This document shows positions 19,322-28,017 of a DNA stretch of 64,000 nt, piece by piece. The position numbers and the translations under genes were made by a program. The DNA is taken from NCBI GenBank assembly GCA_963717085.1, contig CAVQVM010000019.1:137397-201396 (forward strand), given 5' to 3'. The notes below the pieces were generated by a model. The model was given only the letters and a program-made list of their open reading frames with translations, did not search any database and was not told the DNA's origin. Source of the stretch: an uncultured bacterium (GTDB lineage: Bacteria > Actinomycetota > Acidimicrobiia > Acidimicrobiales > VFJN01). Within the stretch, counting starts at the first letter, position 1. Each line of letters opens with the position of its first letter.

Positions 19322-19573
19322 TCAGGGTGACTCTGTCCGGTCTCCGGTGAGCCAGCGGTACAGCGGTCGGAGTCCCTGCGCGTAGGCCAGCACGAACATC
19401 TCCGACGTGAAGGCGAGCAGTGCGCCGAACACCGGCGGCGCTACGCACGCCCCCACAACCGCGGCCAGCGAAGCCAGCACCAGGCCGCCGTCGTTCACCC
19501 ACGCCGTCACGAACGCCAACACGGCGCCACCCGCGGCCAAGGTCCACCAGTAGCGTCTGTCGCTCCAAGTCAT
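19322..19573 (-). CDS. Small membrane protein (island)
   Basis: ATG at 19573 gives MTWSDRRYWWTLAAGGAVLAFVTAWV...VVGACVAPPVFGALLAFTSEMFVLAY, with 2-3 TM segments. Confidence 0.5.
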   Translation of the reverse strand: MTWSDRRYWWTLAAGGAVLAFVTAWVNDGGLVLASLAAVVGACVAPPVFGALLAFTSEMFVLAYAQGLRPLYRWLTGDRTESP

Positions 19574-19778
19574 CGCCCCCGCCCCCTTCGACGCGGGCAG
19601 GCTAGACGGCGGCGACCCGGCGCCGCTGATACTCGGGCCGGGGCGGTTCCGCGTCCGTCGTCCACCGCGATGCTCTACGAACGAATGTTCGAGGATTGTC
19701 TGAGCGTCAGCTCCACAGGAGAAGGTCGGGACCACGGCGGCGAAATCCGTCCACTGGCGCGAGAACCTCCGCTACGAG

Positions 19779-20403
19779 ATGAGCAAGGCACTCGCCACCG
19801 GCTGCACCCTCGAGCACCTAGCCGCGGTGACCGGGTTCGATCACCAGACCATCGAACGGCTGCGGCACGACGATCTCTGCACCGGTGCTGGCCAGCGTCG
19901 TCGCCGCGTCCGTCGCTCAGATCAAGCTCCTCAACGGCGAGATTGCCCGGCTCGAGCGCGACGGTCGCGACGCGCTCGCCGCGCACCCCAAGGCCGCGCT
20001 GCTCGAGGAACTCCCACGAGTCGCCAACGTCAGCCTGGCTCAGCTCATCGCCGAGATCGGCCCGCTGCTGGAACGCTGCGACAACGCCGAACAGGTAGCG
20101 GCCATGTGCGGCGCCGCCCCCGTGACTCGGGCGTCGGGAAAGACCCGCACCGTCGGTTTCCGCTACGCCGCCAACAAGCCCGCCCGGGTCGCCATCACCG
20201 GCTTCGCCGACAACTCCCGGCACTCCTCGGCCTGGGCAGCTGAGCGTTACCGCCAAGCCCGAACCCGCGGTGCTCGCCACCCCCACGCCGTGCGGGTCGT
20301 GGCCCGAGGCTGGATCCGTGTCATCTGGGCCTGGTGGCACACCGGCACCGCGTACACCCCGTCACGACACCGCGGCGAACAGCTCGCAACAGCGATGACT
20401 TGA
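19779..20403 (+). pseudogene. IS110-family transposase remnant (C-terminal half, frame-disrupted, no DEDD N-terminal domain)
   Basis: ...LPRVANVSLAQLIAEIGPLLERCDNAEQVAAMCGAAPVTRASGKTRTVGFRYAANKPARVAI... matches the C-terminal (Transposase_20-type) region. The upstream part lies in a different frame. Confidence 0.7.
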
Positions 20404-20409
20404 CCTAGA

Positions 20410-20472
20410 GAACTCAAACGCTACGTCGCCCGCGAGCTCTACTACCGGCTCCCACCACAACCACTGGCTTGA
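20410..20472 (+). pseudogene. Isolated transposase C-terminal tail fragment
   Basis: ELKRYVARELYYRLPPQPLA* is the typical extreme C-terminus of IS110-type transposases, but nothing precedes it. Confidence 0.45.
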
Positions 20473-21609
20473 CACCACCTAGGAGCATCAATCGGGGCGG
20501 GGCACCTCGGTTCCCATGATCCGCGTGGCGACCCATGCACACCGGTACGCCGGATCGCGAACCAAATCTCGCTAGGCGCCCGTATTGATCGGTGAAGCGG
20601 CGATCCGTCTGGATCGCCCACTCTCAAGACAAGGACGACCATCATGCAACGAGTTCTTCGTGCTCCCATCTTCTGGATCTCTGTCGCAGTCGTCGCCGCG
20701 GCTGTGGTGATCCTCGCTCTCACCATGGGCGGTGGCGCCGCCGGCGGTGGGGTCGGCTACTGATAGGTGCCATCTTGTGGTCCATCACCGAGACCGTTGG
20801 CCGCTGCCGGGCGAGCAGTGGAGCACCAGATCGGGCGCTGGGCTCAGTCGGTGAAAGCAACATGCGCCTCGATCGAGACGGCCAGGTCGGGGAGGGCATG
20901 TGGAGCGGTTGTCGGCTTTGGAGCTGGAACGGATTGCGGAGCTGCTGGCTGAAGACGCGCCGTTCTGGCGGCTGCGTCAGGAGGTGCCGCGGTCGCGGTA
21001 TGCGATCTATCGGGCGGTGAAACGGTTGCGGCGTCCGCCGCCGCCGGAGCCGAACCGCTCGGCGCTGCGGCTGTCGCTGGCTGAACGCGAGGAAATCTCC
21101 CGGGGTGTGGCGGCGGGCGAGTCGCTTCGGGTGATCGCCGGTCGGTTGGGCCGGGCACCGTCCACGGTGTCACGCGAGGTTGCTCGCAACGGGGGCCGGG
21201 GCAGCTATCGGGCGCGCCGGGCGGATCGGGCGGCGGTTCGGAACATGCGCCGCCCCAAGGTCGCCAAGCTCACCCAGTGTCCACGGCTGCGGATGGTTGT
21301 CGAAGCCAAGCTCGAGCTGCGCTGGTCGCCGCAGCAGATCGCGAGTTGGCTGGTCTTGGAGTTCCCCGACGACGCGGAGATGCGGGTGGCGCACGAGACG
21401 ATCTACCTGTCGCTGTTCGTGCAGTCCCGAGGTGCGCTGCGCAAGGAACTGACCCGCTACCTGCGGACCAAGCGCAGTGTCCGCCGTCCCGGCGGCAAGG
21501 CAGCACCCAACGGCCAGAGCCACATCCCGGCGATGGTCAACATCAGTGAGCGACCTGCCGAGGCCGCCGACCGGGCGGTGCCGGGCCACTGGGAATCTCA
21601 ATGGTGTTG

Positions 21610-22815
21610 TCAAGCTGCCTGAGCGACCGGTGGCGGGGCAGTGGTCCAGGTGCGGTTCTCGCGTAGGAGTGCCCAGAGGACGTCGACGCGTCTGCGGGCT
21701 AGGGCGATGATCGCTTGGCTGTGGGTTCGGCCGCGCTCGCGTTTCTTCAGGTAGTAGTCGCGGTTCGGTCCGGCCCGCAGCATGCTGGTTTGCGCCGAAA
21801 GGTAGAAGACGTGTCGTAGCGGTCGGCTGTAGCGCTTGGGGCGGTGCAGGTTGCCTGTGCGGCGCCCGGAGTCGTTCGGGACGGGCACCAGTCCGGCGGC
21901 AGCAGCGAGGTGGCCAGCGCTGGGGAAGGCGCGCAGGTCACCGGCGCCGACCAGCAAACAGGCACCGAGAAGTGGGCCGAAGCCGGGCATCGATTGGATG
22001 ACCGCGGCCTGGGGGTGTTGGTCGAAAGTCTCCGCGATCTGGGCGTCGAGGCTCCTGAGGCGCTCGTCCAGCGCCAGGATGTTCGCGGCGAGCTCGGCGA
22101 TGATGCTGGTGGCGAGGTCTTGGCCGGGGAGCACCGTCCTCTGGGCACGGGCAGCAGCGATGGCTCGAGCGGCGACGCCGGCGGAGTCGCGCACCTTGCG
22201 CTGGCGTAGCCATGCCGCCAGCCGCACGTGGCCGATGCGACGGATCCGGTGTGGGCTGGCATAACCGGTCAGCAGCACGAGCGCACCCTTGCGGGACGCG
22301 TAGTCGAACGCTCTTTCCAAGCCGGGGAACACGCTGGTCATCAGGTCTCGGAGCCGGTTGATCATCCGCACCCGGTCAGCGACCAGATCGGCGCGATGGC
22401 CGGTCAGCATCGCCAGGTTGCGGACCAGGTCGGTGTCTTGGTCGACCACGGCCAGGTCGCAGCGCAGGCGCACCGTCTCCGCGATCACATAGGCGTCCTT
22501 GGCATCGGTCTTGCCCTCACCGGCGTAGGCGCTGCTCATCGCGGCGACCATCCGCCCTGACGCATACCGCAGCGACTGGTCGGCCTGAGCCAGCAACGCC
22601 AACATCAGCGCCGCGGGCGCACCGATGATGTCGACCGCCCAGATGGGCTGCTCCGCCACCCCCTGCACGGTCGCGATGAGCGCAAGGATCTCGGCCTCGT
22701 CGTTCGCGACCTTGACCGATAGCAGCCTCTTGCCGTCGGCGTCGAGCGCGCACACCCAGTGGTGCGTCTTGCCGATATCCACCCCGACCCATGCCGTTTC
22801 CTGTGCTGCTGCCAC
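21610..22815 (-). CDS. IS110-family transposase/recombinase (DEDD RuvC-like N-terminal domain + Tnp C-terminal domain)
   Basis: 401 aa: WVGVDIGKTHHWVCALDADGK...MPGFGPLLGACLLVGAGDLRAFPSAGHLAAAAGLVPVPNDSGRRTGNLHRPKRYSR. Confidence 0.95.
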   Translation of the reverse strand: MAAAQETAWVGVDIGKTHHWVCALDADGKRLLSVKVANDEAEILALIATVQGVAEQPIWAVDIIGAPAALMLALLAQADQSLRYASGRMVAAMSSAYAGEGKTDAKDAYVIAETVRLRCDLAVVDQDTDLVRNLAMLTGHRADLVADRVRMINRLRDLMTSVFPGLERAFDYASRKGALVLLTGYASPHRIRRIGHVRLAAWLRQRKVRDSAGVAARAIAAARAQRTVLPGQDLATSIIAELAANILALDERLRSLDAQIAETFDQHPQAAVIQSMPGFGPLLGACLLVGAGDLRAFPSAGHLAAAAGLVPVPNDSGRRTGNLHRPKRYSRPLRHVFYLSAQTSMLRAGPNRDYYLKKRERGRTHSQAIIALARRRVDVLWALLRENRTWTTAPPPVAQAA

Positions 22816-23021
22816 GCGCTTGACCCCTTCCGGTCGGTCCCGATGTCCAGCTCACGAACCCTGCGGGCACCCCGCTGACGCATCCGTAACCAGCGACCAA
22901 GCGCACATCTCAATCAGCAGCCAGGGCACCCCGGAGGATCAGGCGGACATTCCCAGTTAGCGACCAAAGCGCAAGGCGACCTCAGCCACACCCGACCCCC
23001 CCGGGCGATCCACACCCTTAC
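22816..23021 (-). ncRNA. Candidate IS110 bridge RNA in the 5' leader
   Basis: There are two similar modules, guide-GCGCTT(T)GGTCGCT-guide...GGGGTGCCC. Module 1 guides GGTCGCCTT and ACTGGGAAT match the two target flanks. Module 2 guides ATTGAGAT and TTACGGA match the two IS ends. Confidence 0.65.
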
Positions 23022-23545
23022 GGAAGGCGACCTGCTCTACGGCCAAGGCCCCGGCGTGATCGCCACGCTGGTGGAGAGGCACAGCCGGTTCGTGATGCTC
23101 GTCGGGCTCCCCCAAGACCCACCGAGCCGACGTGGTCGCCGCCGCGCTCGCCGCCAAGATCACCGAGCTCCCCCAACAGCTACGGCGCTCGCTCACCTGG
23201 GACCAGGGCCGCGAGATGGCACAGCACGCCGTGTTCACCGTCGCTAGCGGCGTGCCCGTCTACTTCTGTGATCCCCGCAGCCCCTGGCAACGCGGCAGCA
23301 ACGAGAACACCAACGGGCTGCTGCGCCAATACCTCCCTCGCAACACCCGCCTCGGCGACCGCACCCAGACCGAACTCGACAACATCGCCGACGAGCTCAA
23401 CGGACGGCCTCGACAAACCCTCGGCTGGAAGACACCATCACAAGCACTCGACCAGGCGTTGCGATGACCCCCTGAGACCGCCGGGCAATATGCGTTGGTG
23501 TTCGGCTGGTGGCGTCCGAAGTGCTCGCCACGTTCCAAGGACCGC

Positions 23546-23884
23546 ATGAAGCAGATCGCTGGACCGCTGGCCTGCGTTGCGATCACTGTCGCTCTGGCTG
23601 CCTGCAACGGCGATGACGAACCGGAGCTGAGAGCGGACTTCCTGTCGCGCTTCGAGCAGGCGACCACCGGCACCACGAGCTGCCCGGTCATTGCGATTCA
23701 CTTCGAAGATCGGACGACCGGGCACCCGACCGCCTGGGAATGGACCTTCGGCGACGGCTCGGCATCCTCCGAGCAGAACCCGACCTGGGAGGCCAACGCG
23801 GTATCGGCCGAAGTGACACTCACGGCGAGCCGCGGTGGTCTGGAGGACTCGGTCACGAAGGTGATCTCGACTCCCGAGTGCTAA
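23546..23884 (+). CDS. PKD-domain lipoprotein
   Basis: ATG at 23546. Lipobox VALAAC, then FEDRTTGHPTAWEWTFGDGSASSEQNPTWE...VTLTASRGG, a PKD-domain signature. Confidence 0.7.
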   Translation: MKQIAGPLACVAITVALAACNGDDEPELRADFLSRFEQATTGTTSCPVIAIHFEDRTTGHPTAWEWTFGDGSASSEQNPTWEANAVSAEVTLTASRGGLEDSVTKVISTPEC

Positions 23885-23955
23885 GCGTGCGGGCGTTTTG
23901 GCCGGCATCGCCGCGCCAGATCTGCCGCTCGGGCGCGGGTCGGCGCCGTGCGAGA

Positions 23956-24165
23956 GTGAGCTTGGTGGATGGCCTGTTCGAGGCAGTCGGGTTCGTCGGT
24001 GGAGTCCTGGTCGCAGTGGGTCTCGTGATGATCCTCATGGCGTGGGGCGGCATGGACGAGCGCATGCCCACCCAGGTCCCGCCTAGGCGGCTCGCCCGCT
24101 ACCCCATCGCGGCCGGGACCCTGTTGTTGGCGGTCGCAGCGGTGGGCCTCATCGTCCCCGACTGA
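23956..24165 (+). CDS. Small membrane protein
   Basis: GTG at 23956. Two hydrophobic segments, GFVGGVLVAVGLVMILMAW and IAAGTLLLAVAAVGLIV. Confidence 0.4.
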   Translation: MSLVDGLFEAVGFVGGVLVAVGLVMILMAWGGMDERMPTQVPPRRLARYPIAAGTLLLAVAAVGLIVPD

Positions 24166-24303
24166 AGGAGGCTCCGCTCAGGTAGCAGATCACGGAAGTG
24201 CCGGTTGAGCGAGGCGTGGCGCCACAGATCTGACGCTCGGCGCTCCCTGATTGGTCGATGCCGAGAGCAAGCAACGGGGTACTCGTTCACTAACGTGCTT
24301 GTC

Positions 24304-24483
24304 ATGCCTGGCGGTGGTGGTGGTGAGGGTCTAGCAAGGGCTCAGGCTGATCTGGTTCGAGTACGAGCGGGCTACGGCGAGGTACGCCGGCCTGGCTGGG
24401 TGTACGTCGCGTTGGTGCTCGCAGTCGTGGTCTCGCTGTTCTTACCTCTCCTTGTTGTGACGGTGGTGATGCTCCTGACATAG
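24304..24483 (+). CDS. Possible small membrane protein
   Basis: ATG at 24304. C-terminal TM segment WVYVALVLAVVVSLFLPLLVVTVVMLL. Support is weak. Confidence 0.3.
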   Translation: MPGGGGGEGLARAQADLVRVRAGYGEVRRPGWVYVALVLAVVVSLFLPLLVVTVVMLLT

Positions 24484-24819
24484 GTCAGGTCGCTCGACGC
24501 CTGGGCTGGGGCCGCGAGCTGTCGAAGCGCCACCCGGCCTTCCGCTTGGGATCCCAACGCGCAACGATCACCTGATCGTCAGCTGGGCAGGGGAAGTGGA
24601 CCGCACAGATCTGCCGATCTCGCGCACGGCGTTTTGCCTCGAGCAGGCCGGCGGTCGCAGCGGCTGGTGCCGGCGACGCCCGATTTCGTCCGTTCGGGGT
24701 GATGGCAGGCCCGTGTGGTCCTGGGTCTAATGGGCACCCCAGGTGAACGAGATCGCCAACCGCGCCGACGAGGCATGGACGGCGGCCGTTCCTGGAACCC
24801 CCGTCCGGAGGAGAGTTCG

Positions 24820-25329
24820 ATGGCCAAGCCCGATGCAATGTTCATCTATATCGGCACCTACCCGAGTGAGGCAGCGGCACGAGACGACTATGCCGTGGTG
24901 CAGGATCTCCACTCGCTCGGTGCTGTCGGGAGTTACGACGCGGCTGTGGTCACCAAGGACGACGCCGGCAAGGTCCACGTCAACAAGGATGAGATGGCCA
25001 CCAGGCACGGAGCCTGGGGTGGGGCGGCCGCCGGGGCGGTTGTCGGGATCCTGTTCCCTCCCGCCATCATCGGTTCTGCGGTGGTCGGCGCGGCCGTGGG
25101 CGGCGTTGGAGGCCATTTGTGGCGCGGCCTGTCCCGCTCCGACGTCAAGGAGCTCGGCGACGTCATCGATTCTGGTGAGGCCGCGCTGCTGATCGTCGGT
25201 GAGAGCACGGTGCAGGAGGCGGTGGACAAGGCGGGGTTGAAGGCCGAGAAGCAGGTCGCCAAGGAGCTCGACGTCAGCCCCAAGGACGTCGACGCAGCGA
25301 TCCAAGAGGCGGCTGGCGAGATCACCTGA
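24820..25329 (+). CDS. DUF1269-type membrane protein
   Basis: ATG at 24820 after GGAGGAGAG. ...YDAAVVTKDDAGKVHV...GAWGGAAAGAVVGILFPPAIIGSAVVGAAVGGVGGHLW is a Gly-zipper region typical of DUF1269. Confidence 0.8.
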   Translation: MAKPDAMFIYIGTYPSEAAARDDYAVVQDLHSLGAVGSYDAAVVTKDDAGKVHVNKDEMATRHGAWGGAAAGAVVGILFPPAIIGSAVVGAAVGGVGGHLWRGLSRSDVKELGDVIDSGEAALLIVGESTVQEAVDKAGLKAEKQVAKELDVSPKDVDAAIQEAAGEIT

Positions 25330-25371
25330 CCACCGGCCCCCCTAAGCCAGCACACGGGAAGGACGGAGCCG

Positions 25372-26817
25372 ATGGCCGTCAAGTCCAGGGTCGCGCATCC
25401 GAGTGTGGAGGAACGGCGAGCGCGAGGCGAGGAGGCGCGCAGCCGGACGCCGGTGGCCAGCCATACTGGCTGGGCGGCGGCCACCGGGCGGCCTGATCCG
25501 GTGGGGTTGTTGGAGGAGCAGGACGCCGACCGGGAGCCCGACCTGGTGCCGGTCCGGCACGGGCGGATGGTGGTGTCGCCGTTCACCTTCTACCGGGGGG
25601 CGGCCAAGATCATGGCCGCCGACCTGGACGGCACGCCCGTCGCTGGCCTGCACGTGCAGCTGTGCGGGGATGCGCACCTGTCGAACTTCGGTTTGTTCGC
25701 CTCGCCCGAGCGGCGGTTGTTGTTCGATGTGAACGACTTTGACGAGACCCTGCCGGGGCCGTTCGAGTGGGACGTGAAGCGGATGGCGGCCAGCTTCACG
25801 ATCGCGGGCCGTAACAACGGCTTCGCCAAGGCCGACACCCGGGCGGCGACCCGGGCGTCGGTGCGGGCCTATCGGGAGGCGATGGCCAGCTTCGCCCAGA
25901 TGGGCAACATGGCCATCTGGTACGCGCACCTGGACGAGGACGAGCTCCAGAAGGGGCTCCGCAGCACCGCCGCCAAGGCCTCGAAATCAAAGAAGCAGGC
26001 CAAGCGGGTCGAGAAGCGGGGCGGGAAGGTGTTCGCCAAGGCGCGCACCCGTGACAGCCTGCAGGCGCTGTCCAAGCTCGGCGAGCTGGTCGACGGGCGC
26101 TACCGGATCGTCAGTCAGCCGCCGATCGTGGTCCCGGCGCGGGAGCTGGCAGCCACCTACGGCCTGTCCCGGGATGAGATCGAACACGGCCTCCACGAGC
26201 AGTTCCGCGGCTACCGGGCCACCCTGCGCGACGATCAGCGTCAGCTGCTGGAGCGGTTCGAGTTGGTCGATGTGGCCCGCAAGGTGGTGGGGGTGGGCAG
26301 CGTCGGCACTCGGGCCTTCATCGGCCTGCTTCAGGGTCGCGACCAGCACGACCCGCTGTTCCTGCAGGTCAAGGAGGCGACCGCGTCGGTTCTGGAGGGC
26401 CCCCTGCCCAAGAGCCGCTACAAGCAGCACGGCGAACGGGTGGTGTATGGGCAGCGGATGATGCAGGCCGCCAGCGATATCTATCTGGGCTGGACCAAGG
26501 GAGCCAACGACCCGACCGGCTCAAACCGTCACTTCTACTGGCGGCAGCTGCGCGACATGAAGGGCTCGGTCGAGGTCGAGTCGATGGCCCCGGTTGGCCT
26601 CGGCTTCTATGCCGGAATCTGCGGCTGGACCCTGGCCCGGGCCCACGCCCGATCCGGCGACCCGGTCGCGATCGCCGCCTACCTCGGTAACGACGACCAG
26701 TTCGACCGGTCGATCAGCGACTTCTCCCAGCTCTACGCCGACCAGAACGAACTCGACTACCAGGCCTTCGCCAACGCCATCCGATCCGGACGCCTGGAAG
26801 CCCTCGAAGGCGTCTGA
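25372..26817 (+). CDS. DUF2252 domain protein
   Basis: 481 aa: LVPVRHGRMVVSPFTFYRGAAKIMAADL...GDAHLSNFGLFASPERRLLFDVNDFDETLPGPFEWDVKR. Confidence 0.9.
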   Translation: MAVKSRVAHPSVEERRARGEEARSRTPVASHTGWAAATGRPDPVGLLEEQDADREPDLVPVRHGRMVVSPFTFYRGAAKIMAADLDGTPVAGLHVQLCGDAHLSNFGLFASPERRLLFDVNDFDETLPGPFEWDVKRMAASFTIAGRNNGFAKADTRAATRASVRAYREAMASFAQMGNMAIWYAHLDEDELQKGLRSTAAKASKSKKQAKRVEKRGGKVFAKARTRDSLQALSKLGELVDGRYRIVSQPPIVVPARELAATYGLSRDEIEHGLHEQFRGYRATLRDDQRQLLERFELVDVARKVVGVGSVGTRAFIGLLQGRDQHDPLFLQVKEATASVLEGPLPKSRYKQHGERVVYGQRMMQAASDIYLGWTKGANDPTGSNRHFYWRQLRDMKGSVEVESMAPVGLGFYAGICGWTLARAHARSGDPVAIAAYLGNDDQFDRSISDFSQLYADQNELDYQAFANAIRSGRLEALEGV

Positions 26818-27513
26818 GGAGCCGTCCGCTGAGCATGACAATGCTGGTTGCCATTTGCTTCGCCCTCGGCCAGCAGCTTCGTGGGGAACGGCAAGAACGC
26901 GATGACGAGGAGCAACAGCCGTCCACTCCTGCTGTGGCGGATGAGGTCCGTCCCGACTGCACCGTCATGCCGCGTCGCCCAGCGGTGCGGCAGCTGGCGC
27001 GCCGAGCGCTCGGAATCGCGAGCATGTAATCCATCTGAGCGGTGGCGCCGAGCGCATATCTGCCGATATCGCGCCTCGGCGTTCTGTACCGCCGGCATCC
27101 CGCGATCCCGGGTTTCGGGTGAACTCATACGCCCGCGTAGGCGGAATGATGCGCCGTTGACCCACCCCTGCGGCCGGATCCGGCCGGGACCCAGCCACCA
27201 CCCGGGAATGGATTCGTGCCGCGCACCGGGGGTCCGGCCGCAGGCCACAACAGCAGCCTTACCCGAAGGCGGAGGCGCGGAAACGAATCAAGAATGACGG
27301 GGTGCGTCACTAGCGCCAGAGCGGGCATTCGGCATCGAAGGCTGATTCCGGCTGGGTGAATGACCGCTGATCGGCGGATCTATCCGATCGGGCAGCCGTC
27401 GCACGAGCCGCTCGCCCCTCAAGATGGCGAACGCCACCGAGCGGCACCTTGCGGGAAGTCCTCCGGGCACCCCCTGTTACGTTGTCGACGCGAGAAAGCC
27501 GCGGGTGCTCGAG

Positions 27514-27813
27514 ATGACCGGCCGGGAGAGGATCTGGAAGCTGGAATCCACGATCGCCGGCATGCTGGGAGCGATGGTCGCGCGGAAGCTCATCAGGGCT
27601 TTGTACCGGGCCGTCCGCAAGGAAGCACCCGCTTCGGTCTTCGACCCCAACAGTGCCCGTTTCTCGTGGCCCGATGTGGTGCTGTGGGCGGCGGCGGCCG
27701 GCATCGGCCTCGGCATCGCCAAGGTGACGAGCGCCCGCGTCGCCGCCATCGGCTGGGAGGTCGCCACCGGCACCCGCCCCCCCGAGGTCGTCGAGAAGCA
27801 ACCGGGAGGCTGA
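27514..27813 (+). CDS. DUF4235 domain protein
   Basis: ATG at 27514: IWKLESTIAGMLGAMVARKLIRALYRAV...WPDVVLWAAAAGIGLGIAKVTSARVAAIGWEVATGTRPP. Confidence 0.75.
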   Translation: MTGRERIWKLESTIAGMLGAMVARKLIRALYRAVRKEAPASVFDPNSARFSWPDVVLWAAAAGIGLGIAKVTSARVAAIGWEVATGTRPPEVVEKQPGG

Positions 27814-27965
27814 GTCCGGCGCGTGCAGTCGCCCAACACGCGACGTGCCCGACGGAACGCCGAACTGCCGATCTCGCGCCCCCGTCGTTCAGTGCTGACG
27901 ATCCGCCGGGCGAGGGGTGCACGGTGCGGCAATCGGTGCGCGCCCGTGCCACCGACCCGGCGGTA

Positions 27966-28017
27966 GGTGGCAGTCGGCGGTCAGGTCTCGGGTGGCAGTC
28001 GGCGGTCAGGTCTCGGG
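27966..28017. repeat. 25-bp tandem duplication (2.1 copies) spanning the methyltransferase stop codon
   Basis: ggtggcagtcggcggtcaggtctcg occurs at 27966-27990 and 27991-28015. Confidence 0.9.

Larger units (their letters stand above)
21596..23021 (-). mobile_element. IS110-family insertion sequence (~1.43 kb), intact
   Basis: It interrupts the IS30 ORF precisely. GGAA is present at both junctions (21592-21595 and 22022-equivalent 23022-23025). There are no long terminal inverted repeats, as expected for IS110. The 5' leader is 206 nt and the 3' tail is 14 nt. Confidence 0.85.
20900..23467 (+). pseudogene. IS30-family transposase gene, split by an IS110-family insertion and frameshifted
   Basis: The N-terminal part ends ...RAVPGHWE at 21595. 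It resumes at 23023 as EGDLLYGQGPGVIATLVERHSRFVML, restoring the GHWEGDL motif. A 1-nt frameshift near 23120 precedes ...LTWDQGREMAQH...CDPRSPWQRGSNENTNGLLRQYLP. Confidence 0.85.

Noticed and set aside
20643-20762. 39-codon ORF with an SD (MQRVLRAPIFWISVAVVAAAVVILALTMGG...)
   Set aside because: It is plausibly the stump of a membrane-protein gene truncated by the IS30 insertion. It is too short and has no comparative support for a feature call.
20763-23545. Terminal inverted repeats of the IS30 copy
   Set aside because: I compared ~140 nt upstream of 20900 with ~80 nt downstream of 23467 and found only a short direct similarity (GAGACCG...CCGGGC). There is no convincing inverted pair, so the element ends are left undefined.
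26836-27030. Possible DUF1211/TMEM175-like channel gene on the minus strand
   Set aside because: Only a ~30-residue stretch (..GRLLLLVIAFLPFPTKLLAE..) is recognisable. Neighbouring segments fall in other frames and there is no credible start. I treat it as a relic, not a gene.
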